DNA of 64,000 bases from a virus. A model generated the notes under the pieces. It made no database searches. It saw only the letters and a program-made list of their open reading frames with translations, and was not told the origin of the DNA. The translations under genes and the position numbers were made by a program. The stretch is from positions 32,001 through 96,000 of IMG/VR virus record IMGVR_UViG_3300029908_000007; one strand, written 5' to 3'. This document shows positions 36,522 through 46,010 of this stretch, piece by piece. Each line of letters begins with the position of its first letter. Position 1 is the stretch's first letter.

Positions 36522-38693
36522 ATGCTAAAACTCAAAAAACTTACATTTTCTAATATAGGCCGTTTCACAGACGAGCAAAACGTTGACTTCACTAAACTCG
36601 GCTCCCTCGTGCAAGTAGACGCACAAAACAATAATACCGGTGGCAGCTCAGGTTCTGGGAAAAGTACCATTTTTAATGGGCTAGATTGGCTTCTCGGTCT
36701 ATCCGACATCAGCACTTCTACTTTACAATCTCGTCTAACCAAAAGTCATATCTCGGTTTCCGGTGAGTTCGATTGGGATGGGAAATCCGTTACAATAACT
36801 AGAAATCGAAAACTATCTATCGTCATAGATGGCAACGAAACGACAGGCTCTAGTAAGATCAGCGAAGAGAAGCTCGATGAGATCCTGGGAATGCCCAGGA
36901 ACCTATTCCGGCCTCTCCTTCATAAGCGCCAGGGAGAAACTGGCTTCTTTTTGGGCCTAACCCCGGCTAAGATGAATGATTTCCTAGTTGATACCTTAGG
37001 TCTGTCCCAAATCCGCTCTAAAGTCGACGTAATCGACGGCAAGACCAAAGAATTGGGTCTGGCAAAGATAGGTGCGCAAACCGGCCTTGCAGTCGCCCAG
37101 GCCAGTCTAGAGGCTAATAAACGGGCCTTAGAGGCAGTAGGAGACGAACCCGTGACTAGCGTACACCAGGACCTCGTAGAAGGCTGGAAGCTGCGCTGTG
37201 TAGCCGCTAATACCGACCTAATGACCGCCAAAGACCGGCAGGCCATTGAGAAGTCTCAATTGGAAACCAAAAAGCCAAAACTAGTCATTAATCCTTTTTC
37301 AGCAGCGGCTTTAGAAGCAAACCAAATGCGAGAAAAAGAACTCAACAGATTGATTAACGAATCTCTCTATCAGGAAAGAGATCGTCAGACTCTTGTAAAT
37401 AAGGAGATCTCCAAGCTAAAACTGGACCTATCTACCCAGGTCGCGACCATCAATGCCAGGACTAGTAAAGAAGTCGCCATTCTTAACGCTAAACTGTCGG
37501 AGACCGCTATGGCCATCCGTCTTGGAGCGATGTCTAAAGAGGAGGCCATTAAAATTGCCTCTAAAATTAAGACCGTAAGAGCTGGAACCTGCTATACCTG
37601 TAATCAAGTATGGGTTTCTGCTTCAGAAGAAGAGAGGTTATTGGCTAGTCTCGGCGAGCACAAGGCTAAGATAATCTCCGCAAAAGATGCGGAGAATAAT
37701 GCTATTGAACTCCGCACCGCAATTGCCTATATCCAGGATAGTTCCAGTAAAGATATCGAAGGCCTTAATAAGGATTATTCACTTAATATTCAGGGATTGA
37801 CGGAACAAGCCAAACCACGAATTCCTGCCGAGATCCCCGGTCTAAGAGCTGATTTGGCCAACATCATTGATTTGATCCAGAAAGAAAAAGTCAAGGAAGC
37901 CGCTCATAACGAAGAACAGAACAAGACCAACAATCAGACCATGTCTGCTTTCTTCGCCGACCAAAAAGTTTTGGCCGCTAGACATCAAGAAGAACTCCAA
38001 GTTGTTAATAAAGAACTTGAAGAAGCTCGAAGTCAGTGTGAACGGCTTAGCTCCGAACTCAGGAATCACGAAACCAATCTGGCCAAACATAAACAGGTTC
38101 TGAAGAGTCTGACGGATGCCCAAAACGAACAGACCTCAAAAGTAGAACAAATGACCCTAAAAGTAGGTCAAGTCGAAGAGAAGCTAGTCATGGCCGAGGA
38201 AGTCAAGCGCTGTCTTAAATCCTATCTGAGTTGCAGTTTTGATGATGCCTTGGATAGTATCAGCGATTCCGCGACGGCCATCCTACGGGCGGTTCCAACT
38301 ATGGCAAACGCAACTATCCGTTTGGAAGGAACAAAGGAAACCGGCGCAGGAGCCATCAAAGATCAAATCAATGCCTGTATTGATAACGATGGAGAAATTG
38401 GAATTCCTATCAAAAGTCTTTCCGGTGGCGAGCGCTCAGCCGTAGATCTGGCCATCGATCTCGCTGTAGGCAATTTGATTCAAGAAAAAGCCAATAAAGG
38501 AATCGATGTCATGATCCTAGATGAGCCCTTTAATGGATTTGACAGCATTGGTATCGAGCATTCCCTTGAAATGATTAGGACTTTTGCCGTCGACAAGAAG
38601 ATCTTGATCGTCGAACACGATGGCGTCGCAAAAGAGTTTATTCAGGACCGCATTACCGTAGTCCGCGACGGAGAAATTAGTAGTGTAAAATAG
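36522..38693 (+). CDS. SbcC/Rad50-like ATPase (T4 gp46-like)
   Basis: GSSGSGKST, coiled coil with CYTC hook, LSGGE, ILDEPF. Confidence 0.9.
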   Translation: MLKLKKLTFSNIGRFTDEQNVDFTKLGSLVQVDAQNNNTGGSSGSGKSTIFNGLDWLLGLSDISTSTLQSRLTKSHISVSGEFDWDGKSVTITRNRKLSIVIDGNETTGSSKISEEKLDEILGMPRNLFRPLLHKRQGETGFFLGLTPAKMNDFLVDTLGLSQIRSKVDVIDGKTKELGLAKIGAQTGLAVAQASLEANKRALEAVGDEPVTSVHQDLVEGWKLRCVAANTDLMTAKDRQAIEKSQLETKKPKLVINPFSAAALEANQMREKELNRLINESLYQERDRQTLVNKEISKLKLDLSTQVATINARTSKEVAILNAKLSETAMAIRLGAMSKEEAIKIASKIKTVRAGTCYTCNQVWVSASEEERLLASLGEHKAKIISAKDAENNAIELRTAIAYIQDSSSKDIEGLNKDYSLNIQGLTEQAKPRIPAEIPGLRADLANIIDLIQKEKVKEAAHNEEQNKTNNQTMSAFFADQKVLAARHQEELQVVNKELEEARSQCERLSSELRNHETNLAKHKQVLKSLTDAQNEQTSKVEQMTLKVGQVEEKLVMAEEVKRCLKSYLSCSFDDALDSISDSATAILRAVPTMANATIRLEGTKETGAGAIKDQINACIDNDGEIGIPIKSLSGGERSAVDLAIDLAVGNLIQEKANKGIDVMILDEPFNGFDSIGIEHSLEMIRTFAVDKKILIVEHDGVAKEFIQDRITVVRDGEISSVK

Positions 38694-38696
38694 TTC

Positions 38697-38725
38697 TTGA
38701 CTTTAGGGAGGGCTTGTTGTAGATT
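38697..38725 (+). promoter_or_regulatory. sigma70-like promoter
   Basis: TTGACT-N17-TAGATT; AGGAG RBS downstream. Confidence 0.55.
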
Positions 38726-38742
38726 AGCTGGCAGGAGACGAT

Positions 38743-38949
38743 ATGGAACGACAATGTCAATGCTCATGCAATTGTAGTGTTTGGACGACAAATAGCAACA
38801 GTATTTGTGGTTATTGCGATGATTGTTATAAGAAAAACTCTCGAACTTTCTCAGAGCAAATGAAAGAAGCATCGCTGACAATGGAAGCCAGAATTGAAGG
38901 TCTAGAAGCCGCCGTAAAACGTCTTAACCGAGAACTGGGGCTAAAATGA
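38743..38949 (+). CDS. Small Cys-rich hypothetical protein
   Basis: RBS AGGAG; Cys cluster plus coiled coil. Confidence 0.6.
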   Translation: MERQCQCSCNCSVWTTNSNSICGYCDDCYKKNSRTFSEQMKEASLTMEARIEGLEAAVKRLNRELGLK

Positions 38950-39353
38950 TTCTACTTGAACTTACAACTAAAGAAGCCGAATTCATTAGGGAAGTCATTG
39001 CTTTGGAGAAAAACTCTGTGACTAATTCCAAATTGGAATGGGCAGAAAAGGAAAGAAAAACAGGTATTTGTAATTCTTTTTTAGCTAAAGTAGATCACGC
39101 TTCGGAGCCACAAAAAGATGTTATGATTACCGCCAACGATCTCTTTCTCCTGATCTCCCAGGCCAAACGGGAATATCTGAGTTTAAATAGCGGATTGCAT
39201 ATTTCCGGCATAGAGGTTGACAAAAAAGACCTCCCACATATTAGTGTGACCAACGCCTTATTGTTGTTTTTGAATGGGGAAAACTTACTGAAAAAAATGG
39301 TAAGATTTGATATAACCGACCAAAGCGGTCAATACGAGGAGCTAGAAGAATAA
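38946..39353 (+). CDS. Hypothetical protein
   Basis: ATGA coupling. Confidence 0.55.
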   Translation: MILLELTTKEAEFIREVIALEKNSVTNSKLEWAEKERKTGICNSFLAKVDHASEPQKDVMITANDLFLLISQAKREYLSLNSGLHISGIEVDKKDLPHISVTNALLLFLNGENLLKKMVRFDITDQSGQYEELEE

Positions 39354-39354
39354 T

Positions 39355-39567
39355 ATGTTTGATACACATAAACTGAATGAAGCCGGATTTGCAGCGGTCA
39401 AAACGCTAAAAACGAATATGGCCGCAGCTGTCCAAGAAGCACTTTCCCTTATGCCAGAAGGTCGAGAAAGGTCTATTTTTGTAACCAAGATCGAAGAAGC
39501 AATGTTTTTTGGAACCAAAGCCGTTGCTTCCGATCGCAACTTTCACACAGAAGTAGTTAAATATTAA
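39355..39567 (+). CDS. Acb2/Tad1-like helical-hairpin cyclic-nucleotide sponge
   Basis: 70 aa; F.TH.L...P.GRERSI..TKIEEAMF...KAVA matches the hairpin consensus P.(S/G)RE.SLA.TKLEEA.MW...AIA. Confidence 0.7.
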   Translation: MFDTHKLNEAGFAAVKTLKTNMAAAVQEALSLMPEGRERSIFVTKIEEAMFFGTKAVASDRNFHTEVVKY

Positions 39568-39577
39568 GGAGAATAAT

Positions 39578-39778
39578 ATGGAAAGACAGAAAGAATTATT
39601 TTTAGTTTGGCAAGGTGGAGCAGACGAACAGTTTTATAATCAATACGAGTCATTGGTAGATGCTGTTAGCTCAGAAGAAGAAGGTACTGAAATTTTTGAA
39701 GCAAAACTCACTTCTCTTGGTAGTTATAGGCTAGTGACTAAGATGATAAAAGAAAAGAAATCAAAGAAGGCAGAATAA
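39578..39778 (+). CDS. Hypothetical protein
   Basis: AAGGAG RBS. Confidence 0.6.
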   Translation: MERQKELFLVWQGGADEQFYNQYESLVDAVSSEEEGTEIFEAKLTSLGSYRLVTKMIKEKKSKKAE

Positions 39779-39779
39779 C

Positions 39780-40082
39780 ATGGCAAAATTCAAAAAAGAA
39801 CCCCTCACAGAACTACAGAAAATTGCAAAGAAAATCGGACCCGATGCCGAAGACGTTCTAGCCGAACTCGAAGCCATGGATGTGCCCGGTCTTAACAAAC
39901 GCATTGCTCAGGCAAACCAGGCAATATCTGATACAAAGGAAGAACTGGATAACAATCCCGCCTATCAGCAAGTTCTGGCCGATAAGAAACTGCTCGGCAG
40001 CGGTTTCAAAGAAGTGAAAGCGCGGCAGAACGCGATTATTGCTATCTCGGTTCAACTCAGGAAGGACAAGGGAGAAGCATGA
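39780..40082 (+). CDS. Hypothetical helical protein
   Basis: Tight operon packing. Confidence 0.6.
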   Translation: MAKFKKEPLTELQKIAKKIGPDAEDVLAELEAMDVPGLNKRIAQANQAISDTKEELDNNPAYQQVLADKKLLGSGFKEVKARQNAIIAISVQLRKDKGEA

Positions 40083-40408
40083 AAACCGCAGTCGAATCTA
40101 ATGCAGAGACATTGGTGAGTAGAGGAGAGCGATTTAGTCTAGAAACCCTTATGTCTATTATAGAAGATAGTGTATGTAGATCTGTAGACGATGGCGAATT
40201 TGAAACTACTGTTGGTACATATAATTTTATCGCTTCTGATGTAGCTCTGGCTCAAAAAATACTAAAGAATTTGGGATACGATGTTGGAGATGGTGGTGAT
40301 TATCTAAGAATAAACTGGTCGAGCCGCACAGTTCCGAAATCCCAATCCTGTGGACCCAGCTTCTGTGAAGACTGTAATTGTGGTAAGAAAGAGCAAGTTG
40401 AATGCTGA
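40079..40408 (+). CDS. Hypothetical protein
   Basis: ATGA coupling, GGAG RBS. Confidence 0.55.
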   Translation: MKTAVESNAETLVSRGERFSLETLMSIIEDSVCRSVDDGEFETTVGTYNFIASDVALAQKILKNLGYDVGDGGDYLRINWSSRTVPKSQSCGPSFCEDCNCGKKEQVEC

Positions 40409-41063
40409 ACGCGTGCTAGCCCTAGACGTCAGTACGAAAACGGGATGGGCGGCTGCGATCAGCTCCTCTCAGGGCATTGAGTTATTGGACTACGGAACCA
40501 TTCCACAGATTCATAAACCCGATGGTGACTATCCTGGCGTCTACGTTGACTGGTCAATACTGTGTTTCAAAGAGATCAAAAAAATGATAGATAAGCTCAA
40601 ACCCCAAGTTTTAGTGATAGAAGAGACAAGTAAGGGTAGTAAGAACGCCATGAGCCAAAAGGTCCTTGAGTACATTCATTACAATTTGGCCTCCTATATT
40701 AAGGAATCTGGGATTAGGTCTGTCTATGTCCTAACAGAACAGTGGCGCCGTGAACTTGGGTGCGTTATGAACGACGCCGAAAAAGCAAAAAATAAGCAGG
40801 TCAGAGATTACAAGAAAAAGAACAAAACCAGCATATCTTATGATATAAACGGGAAACGTAATGGGTTGGTTGGCCGAAAACACGTGAATATTCGTAGGGT
40901 GAGCGAGATCTTTGCGGGACAACTAAAAGCTCCATTAAAACGCAAGGATGAAGATTTGGCTGATGGGCTCGGACTTTTAGCCTGTTACCACAACCGCAGA
41001 CTTAAAACCAACGGGAATATCCCCGAAATGACAGTCGAAGAGATTATTAAGGACAACCAATGA
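40398..41063 (+). CDS. RuvC-like Holliday junction resolvase
   Basis: VLALDVSTKTGWA, LVIEE, DEDLADGLGL; probable TTG start. Confidence 0.8.
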   Translation: MNAERVLALDVSTKTGWAAAISSSQGIELLDYGTIPQIHKPDGDYPGVYVDWSILCFKEIKKMIDKLKPQVLVIEETSKGSKNAMSQKVLEYIHYNLASYIKESGIRSVYVLTEQWRRELGCVMNDAEKAKNKQVRDYKKKNKTSISYDINGKRNGLVGRKHVNIRRVSEIFAGQLKAPLKRKDEDLADGLGLLACYHNRRLKTNGNIPEMTVEEIIKDNQ

Positions 41064-41071
41064 TTTTTCCC

Positions 41072-41100
41072 TTGACAAGTTCCCAAAACAGTGTTATATT
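41072..41100 (+). promoter_or_regulatory. sigma70-like promoter
   Basis: TTGACA-N17-TATATT with upstream TG. Confidence 0.65.
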
Positions 41101-41119
41101 TACCCCAGGAGCATAAACT

Positions 41120-42049
41120 ATGGCTAAAAATATTTGGGACGACGAACCCTTTCGTGATGGAGCGCCCACACTTCAAAACGGCGAGTGGCAGGATCAAGAA
41201 ACCTACACCCCGGCTCCTGATAATGTAATCAGGGAAGCTCGCGCTATTCAGGCCAAAACTCAGGAAGAATACGATGTTGAAGAACTTACAGATCAAGTAG
41301 CCGAAGATGGCGAGAACGAAGACGAAGATTTCACAGAAATGCTATCCGATGCCAGACTTCGCCTAGAGCAGGGTAAGCTATACGAGATGATCATCAAGCA
41401 CGATCTATTTAAGGATGTAGAAGCCGATCCCCGTGCTGTTAAAATCGTTACCAAACAAATGCAGAAAATAGCCAAAGAACTCATGGAAACCATGCTTGGT
41501 ATGCGTCAAACCGTTCAAGCCGCGCCTTCCATGATTAGTTCTCCCTTCAATAGCCTTGAAGTCGACATTCTAAAGAAACTAGCCAGTGCTGCCTCCAAAG
41601 GCGCCACAGAGACCGAAGAAGCCCAGGATGAGATGCCGGAACCCGCCGCATCTCCCAAGAGGAAGACACTTAATACCATTGGAAGCAGCCGACCTCAGCC
41701 TAAGCCCGCTCCTAGACCAATTGCTAAGAAACCCGAGCCCCTTAAGCGTCAGGCTAAGCCAAAGCTAGAATTACCACCTGAGTTTGAGCCCGATTATGTT
41801 CCCCTGGATAAGCCTATCCATAAGATGAGCGCCCAGGAACTTGCAGAACGTGACAAACAAGCCTTGGATCGCCAAAGAGGTCGTAAATCCGCGCCTCCTC
41901 CTGACAAAGCCCCTATGCCGGATTACCAAACCCAGGAAATGCTAGCAATGTCGCAGGCTTCTAGGGCAACTGGCGGAGTAGGTGGAATGACCGGCCTAAA
42001 TGGAAAGTTGTCACAGCTAATTATAGCTGGCGCAATCAAGAAAGTATAA
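41120..42049 (+). CDS. Hypothetical protein (acidic N-terminus, Pro/Lys-rich C-terminal half)
   Basis: AGGAG RBS and promoter. Confidence 0.65.
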   Translation: MAKNIWDDEPFRDGAPTLQNGEWQDQETYTPAPDNVIREARAIQAKTQEEYDVEELTDQVAEDGENEDEDFTEMLSDARLRLEQGKLYEMIIKHDLFKDVEADPRAVKIVTKQMQKIAKELMETMLGMRQTVQAAPSMISSPFNSLEVDILKKLASAASKGATETEEAQDEMPEPAASPKRKTLNTIGSSRPQPKPAPRPIAKKPEPLKRQAKPKLELPPEFEPDYVPLDKPIHKMSAQELAERDKQALDRQRGRKSAPPPDKAPMPDYQTQEMLAMSQASRATGGVGGMTGLNGKLSQLIIAGAIKKV

Positions 42050-42065
42050 AGTATAAAGTAGAAAT

Positions 42066-42299
42066 ATGGCTAAGAAAAAATTTAAAGTCAGTCCCGATGG
42101 TGTTCCACACAAACCCACTTGTGATTGTTTTCAATGTTTTCCCGAAGAATCAGAATTAGAAACAAAAACTAATAAAGCTCTTGAACTCGCTGAAGCCAAT
42201 GCTAAGGCTATTCAAGAACTCGAAGTTAAAATTCAAAAAACTTTTTTAGAGTACAGTCACACGCTGGCAACTCTAAAAGACCGCAACCGTCTGCGATAA
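42066..42299 (+). CDS. Hypothetical protein
   Basis: H..TCDCFQC plus coiled coil. Confidence 0.55.
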   Translation: MAKKKFKVSPDGVPHKPTCDCFQCFPEESELETKTNKALELAEANAKAIQELEVKIQKTFLEYSHTLATLKDRNRLR

Positions 42300-42322
42300 T
42301 AACCACAAACAAGGAGAAACGA

Positions 42323-42982
42323 ATGTCTGAAGAAAATAAGAAAACCGCCACAGAACGACTGGAAGACCTGGAAGGAGCGATGTCCCAAGTAGGCCAAGCG
42401 CTTTCCTCACTGGATCCCCTAATTAGGGACCTCGGTGGAGTCAAGGAAGCTCTTAAGCTTCTCAATAATAAATTGGATGCAGTTGTCAAGGCGATCTCTG
42501 CTGGAAGTCCTTTGACCGATGAAACCCTAAACAAGCTCATGACAGCCGCAAATGCCGAAGAACTTGCTGCCAAAGTAGCAGCCATGGTTGCTCAGGGATT
42601 GCTCGTTGCTTCTGACACGGTAACCAATGATAGCTTTGTGGTTATCAACGAAGCCGATGCCGCTGGCACTGTTGTAAACCCACGTATGCAGTTCTTGGTT
42701 TCCGCACTTCAGATCGAAGAAGTTCGCACCAAGCTCGGCGGCTCCAAGGTTGGTGACAACATTCCTGTAGGAGATAAAGGTGCTTCTATCAACGTGCTGG
42801 AATCGTATACGATCGCGATTCCAAAGGCTCCAGAAGCCGCTGCTCCTGGCGAAGACGCCAATGAAGCCGGTCCCGCCGCAACTCCAGCTGCTGAAGCCGT
42901 TCCTGCTCCCGCTGCAACGGACGCCGCACCAGCTACTACCGATGCAGCTCCAGCAACCGATTCAACAGCTGCAAGCGCTTAA
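42323..42982 (+). CDS. Coiled-coil plus FKBP/GreA-C-like domain protein with Ala/Pro tail
   Basis: AAGGAG RBS; KLGGSKVGDNIPVG...INVLESY. Confidence 0.45.
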   Translation: MSEENKKTATERLEDLEGAMSQVGQALSSLDPLIRDLGGVKEALKLLNNKLDAVVKAISAGSPLTDETLNKLMTAANAEELAAKVAAMVAQGLLVASDTVTNDSFVVINEADAAGTVVNPRMQFLVSALQIEEVRTKLGGSKVGDNIPVGDKGASINVLESYTIAIPKAPEAAAPGEDANEAGPAATPAAEAVPAPAATDAAPATTDAAPATDSTAASA

Positions 42983-42990
42983 GGAATACG

Positions 42991-44601
42991 ATGACGCGTA
43001 GAAGACATACCCTAGCTAGAGAAAAAAGAACCGAGTTGACCCCAACAGGTGTCGAAATTCTCAACGCGTATTTATCTATTATTGAAGATAGTGGTAAGTA
43101 CCCTAGCAGACCAGAAATGAACCTGCTAGGGTACAACAGGGACGCCATAAGAGATAATTTTGGATCATTGGAGTCTTTAAAGGAATACGTAGTCAAAAAC
43201 TATCCCGAAGTAGTTGAAAACATTACCGAAGAAAAAATCAAGAATAGTAACAGTGCTCAGGATCTAGCCAAGCTTATCAAAAATCACAAGAGATTTGTAG
43301 TTACTACTGCCATTAATGGCGCACCTGTTCGTGAGGGCTTTTTAAAGAACTTAAGAGTTTACTGTAAAAAGATGAAGGCGTTGCTTTTGATCTTGCCCGC
43401 TGGGAACGAAGTAACGGATATGGACGCCGATCTCGCGGACGATGCCTGGGTTTTTGATAAAACCTATCTGAATTCAAATATCTATATCAGTGCTATCAAA
43501 GTTCCTCCCAGGAGCGTCAATCCCCTCACTTCCTTGGGTAGAATTGGACAAAGAAATGGCAGTACTATAATCGCCAGCCCAAAACAGTTCATGGAACCCG
43601 TTGCAGTTGGTGATAGCAAGATGCCACACATTATGATGTCTACAGGCGCTATCACCGAGCCCCGCTATCAGAAGAAGGGCGTTTATGACAAAAACGGCCT
43701 AATCGCCCTACACGACCATGTTTTGGGCGCCGTTGTGGTAGAAATTGAAGACGATAAATTCTACCACTTTACTCAGATTCAAGCCGAAGAATCTGGGGCT
43801 TTTGTAGAACGATGTTTGTATGTCAAGAACGGCAAGATTGGCAAGCTCAACCCATCCCACATGGTTGTTGGAGACCGCCACGTAACGGAAACCGATCCAA
43901 CCGCTGCCAAAGCCTGGGATGAGATCTCCGAATTCTGTGGTTATCCGACTTTGGTAGAACACGACTTCCTTTCTGGGGTTTTCGGCAACCATCACGAAGA
44001 ACATAATCAAATCATTAGAGCGGCTTTGTCGGCCATGAATAAGTTGAACATGGAAGAAGAATTTAGAGCTTGCGGTAAGGAAATTGACAGGCTCACAGAA
44101 AAACAAGATATGATTATGGTGGCCTCAAACCATCACGATTTTGTCAACAAGTATATTACATATGGAACCTATCACAAGGATCCACAAAATCTGGATTTTG
44201 CTTCTAAGCTGATTTCTCCAATGATTCGAGGCGAAGACCCGGTTCGTTACGCCCTAGAAAAATTGATTGGACTTAAAAGACCGCATAGAGTAAAATGGCT
44301 AAAGAGAGATGAAAGCTACAATGTTGCTGGAATCGAACTAGGTGCCCACGGAGATAAGGGCGCCAATGGATCCAAGGGATCTCCAAATACCTTGGAAAAA
44401 GGGTACGGGAATTGTGTCGTCGGACACAGCCACACACCCAAGATTATAAGAGGATTCTGGCAAGTGGGAACTAGTACTTATTTAAAGCTGCCCTATACTC
44501 AGGGAACTTCGAGTTGGTGTCATACCGTCTGTTTGGTATACGATAACGGGGCTAGGCAGCAAATTTTCTCAATCGGCGGACGCTGGAGACTTAATGGGTA
44601 A
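42991..44601 (+). CDS. T5 A1-like protein (calcineurin-like metallophosphoesterase/nuclease)
   Basis: FVVTTA.N, VNPLTSL, ASPKQ, STGAIT, GDRH, SNHHD, HGD.G.NG, GHSHTP. Confidence 0.7.
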   Translation: MTRRRHTLAREKRTELTPTGVEILNAYLSIIEDSGKYPSRPEMNLLGYNRDAIRDNFGSLESLKEYVVKNYPEVVENITEEKIKNSNSAQDLAKLIKNHKRFVVTTAINGAPVREGFLKNLRVYCKKMKALLLILPAGNEVTDMDADLADDAWVFDKTYLNSNIYISAIKVPPRSVNPLTSLGRIGQRNGSTIIASPKQFMEPVAVGDSKMPHIMMSTGAITEPRYQKKGVYDKNGLIALHDHVLGAVVVEIEDDKFYHFTQIQAEESGAFVERCLYVKNGKIGKLNPSHMVVGDRHVTETDPTAAKAWDEISEFCGYPTLVEHDFLSGVFGNHHEEHNQIIRAALSAMNKLNMEEEFRACGKEIDRLTEKQDMIMVASNHHDFVNKYITYGTYHKDPQNLDFASKLISPMIRGEDPVRYALEKLIGLKRPHRVKWLKRDESYNVAGIELGAHGDKGANGSKGSPNTLEKGYGNCVVGHSHTPKIIRGFWQVGTSTYLKLPYTQGTSSWCHTVCLVYDNGARQQIFSIGGRWRLNG

Positions 44602-44977
44602 AACCGAAGATCTTGCAAAGCTAGGTGTTGCAGCAAAAGATATCGAACAAAGAATGACATCCATTAAAGCTAATATGGATACTATTAAAAAAGAACTCGA
44701 TTTTTTAACTACGGTAGAAGAACAGCTAGATAGCAATGTAAAGTATCTCAAAAAGGTAAAGATCGTCGCACTAGCCAGTGAATACAAAAAAGCCAGAGAA
44801 GACCTCAAAAAGACTAAGACTCGCTTGGGCCAGATCAAAGGCGACTTAGGCAATAATGAAAGAGCATATAAAGAGCTGGAAGCAATGCTCAAAAAGAACA
44901 AGGAGGTCTATGATAAACTCTCAAAAACAAGTGATAACAACGTATTACAAGGGAAGTTTGGCCGACGCAATGGTTAA
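44594..44977 (+). CDS. Coiled-coil hypothetical protein
   Basis: GGAG RBS, overlaps the upstream stop. Confidence 0.6.
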   Translation: MGKTEDLAKLGVAAKDIEQRMTSIKANMDTIKKELDFLTTVEEQLDSNVKYLKKVKIVALASEYKKAREDLKKTKTRLGQIKGDLGNNERAYKELEAMLKKNKEVYDKLSKTSDNNVLQGKFGRRNG

Positions 44978-45179
44978 AGAATTGATGATGAAAAGAGTTA
45001 TGGAAGAACCCGACTTCGTTAAATGCTCGAAGTATGGGAATTCATTGGTTAAATATCTTTCCGGCAATAGCGGTGAGATCAAGGATAAGACCATTGCTAG
45101 ATTACTAATGATCGCCGAAGACGACGTCGAAAGAATTTATCAAGAAGCTGTTGACATTTTAAGACGCGGTGTGGTATAG
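44970..45179 (+). CDS. Small sigma-region-4-like HTH protein
   Basis: DKTIARLLMI....VERIYQEAV..LR. Confidence 0.45.
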   Translation: MVKELMMKRVMEEPDFVKCSKYGNSLVKYLSGNSGEIKDKTIARLLMIAEDDVERIYQEAVDILRRGVV

Positions 45180-45180
45180 T
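45151..45180 (+). promoter_or_regulatory. sigma70-like promoter
   Basis: TTGACA-N18-TATAGT with upstream TG; 6 nt before ATG 45187 (possibly leaderless). Confidence 0.6.
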
Positions 45181-45186
45181 TGGCGT

Positions 45187-45834
45187 ATGAAGATCGAGAT
45201 CTACGCAGATGGGTCGGGGCAGACTAGTAACACCGATGGCGGATACGGCTGGGTAATGGTTGTAGACGGAGTCGTTCATTCCGAGGGCTCTGGACATGTC
45301 TCAAATGCCACAAACAACGATATGGAGTTGGAAGGCGCAATACAGGGACTATCGGCTGTAGGTAGACTGGCTTGGCCTCCTCTAAAGATTCTGGGCAATT
45401 TTGAGGCTGTGGAAATTGTACCACCAGAAGTTACATTGATAAGCGACAGTCAAATCGTTCTCGGCTGGGCTTCTGGAGCCTACCAATTCAAACAGCTCAA
45501 CAAGATAGATAAATATAATCAGCTGGTAACCTTAATGTCCAGGTTAGGAGCCAAAACCCGTTGGGTCCGTGGCCATAGCGGTGATATTCATAATTCCAGG
45601 TGTGATCAGCTCGCTAGTAACGCACGTAAAGGCGTAACTACGAATTGTCTTGACAAACTTACTCCAAAGATGGATACTCGTATCGGAACCAAAAAGGCTG
45701 GAACGGCCTCGGTTTGGCACAAGGACGTGCTTTACGTTATGGACTTTGAAAACATGGTCATGGAGAAATACGATCGCGAAGCCCATGGAAAACGGGGCTC
45801 TATGATTGAGATACGCGAGGAGAAGAGTAGATGA
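45187..45834 (+). CDS. rnhA: Ribonuclease HI
   Basis: IYADGS, TNNDMEL, SDSQ, WVRGHSG..HN.RCD.LA. Confidence 0.9.
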   Translation: MKIEIYADGSGQTSNTDGGYGWVMVVDGVVHSEGSGHVSNATNNDMELEGAIQGLSAVGRLAWPPLKILGNFEAVEIVPPEVTLISDSQIVLGWASGAYQFKQLNKIDKYNQLVTLMSRLGAKTRWVRGHSGDIHNSRCDQLASNARKGVTTNCLDKLTPKMDTRIGTKKAGTASVWHKDVLYVMDFENMVMEKYDREAHGKRGSMIEIREEKSR

Positions 45835-46010
45835 AACACTTGGATGAAGAAGTTAACTTTGTAAAATGTGAACACAACAATCTCAGTACCAATTGTAATG
45901 TTTGTTTTGTGCCAGTTTTTGATTCTTTTATGGAATTCGCTCGGGATATGTATAAAGAACAGAACGAAGAACCACACATCCATTCCCTTGAATTTCTGAG
46001 GAATACATGA
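45831..46010 (+). CDS. Small hypothetical protein (59 aa, not in the ORF track)
   Basis: ATGA overlaps at both ends; MKHLDEEVNFVKCEH...CNVC. Confidence 0.55.
   Translation: MKHLDEEVNFVKCEHNNLSTNCNVCFVPVFDSFMEFARDMYKEQNEEPHIHSLEFLRNT

Noticed and set aside
42830-42975. Short imperfect repeats (also 23270-23370 and 54500-54620)
   Set aside because: Explained by Ala/Pro/Gln-rich low-complexity protein linkers, not independent DNA elements
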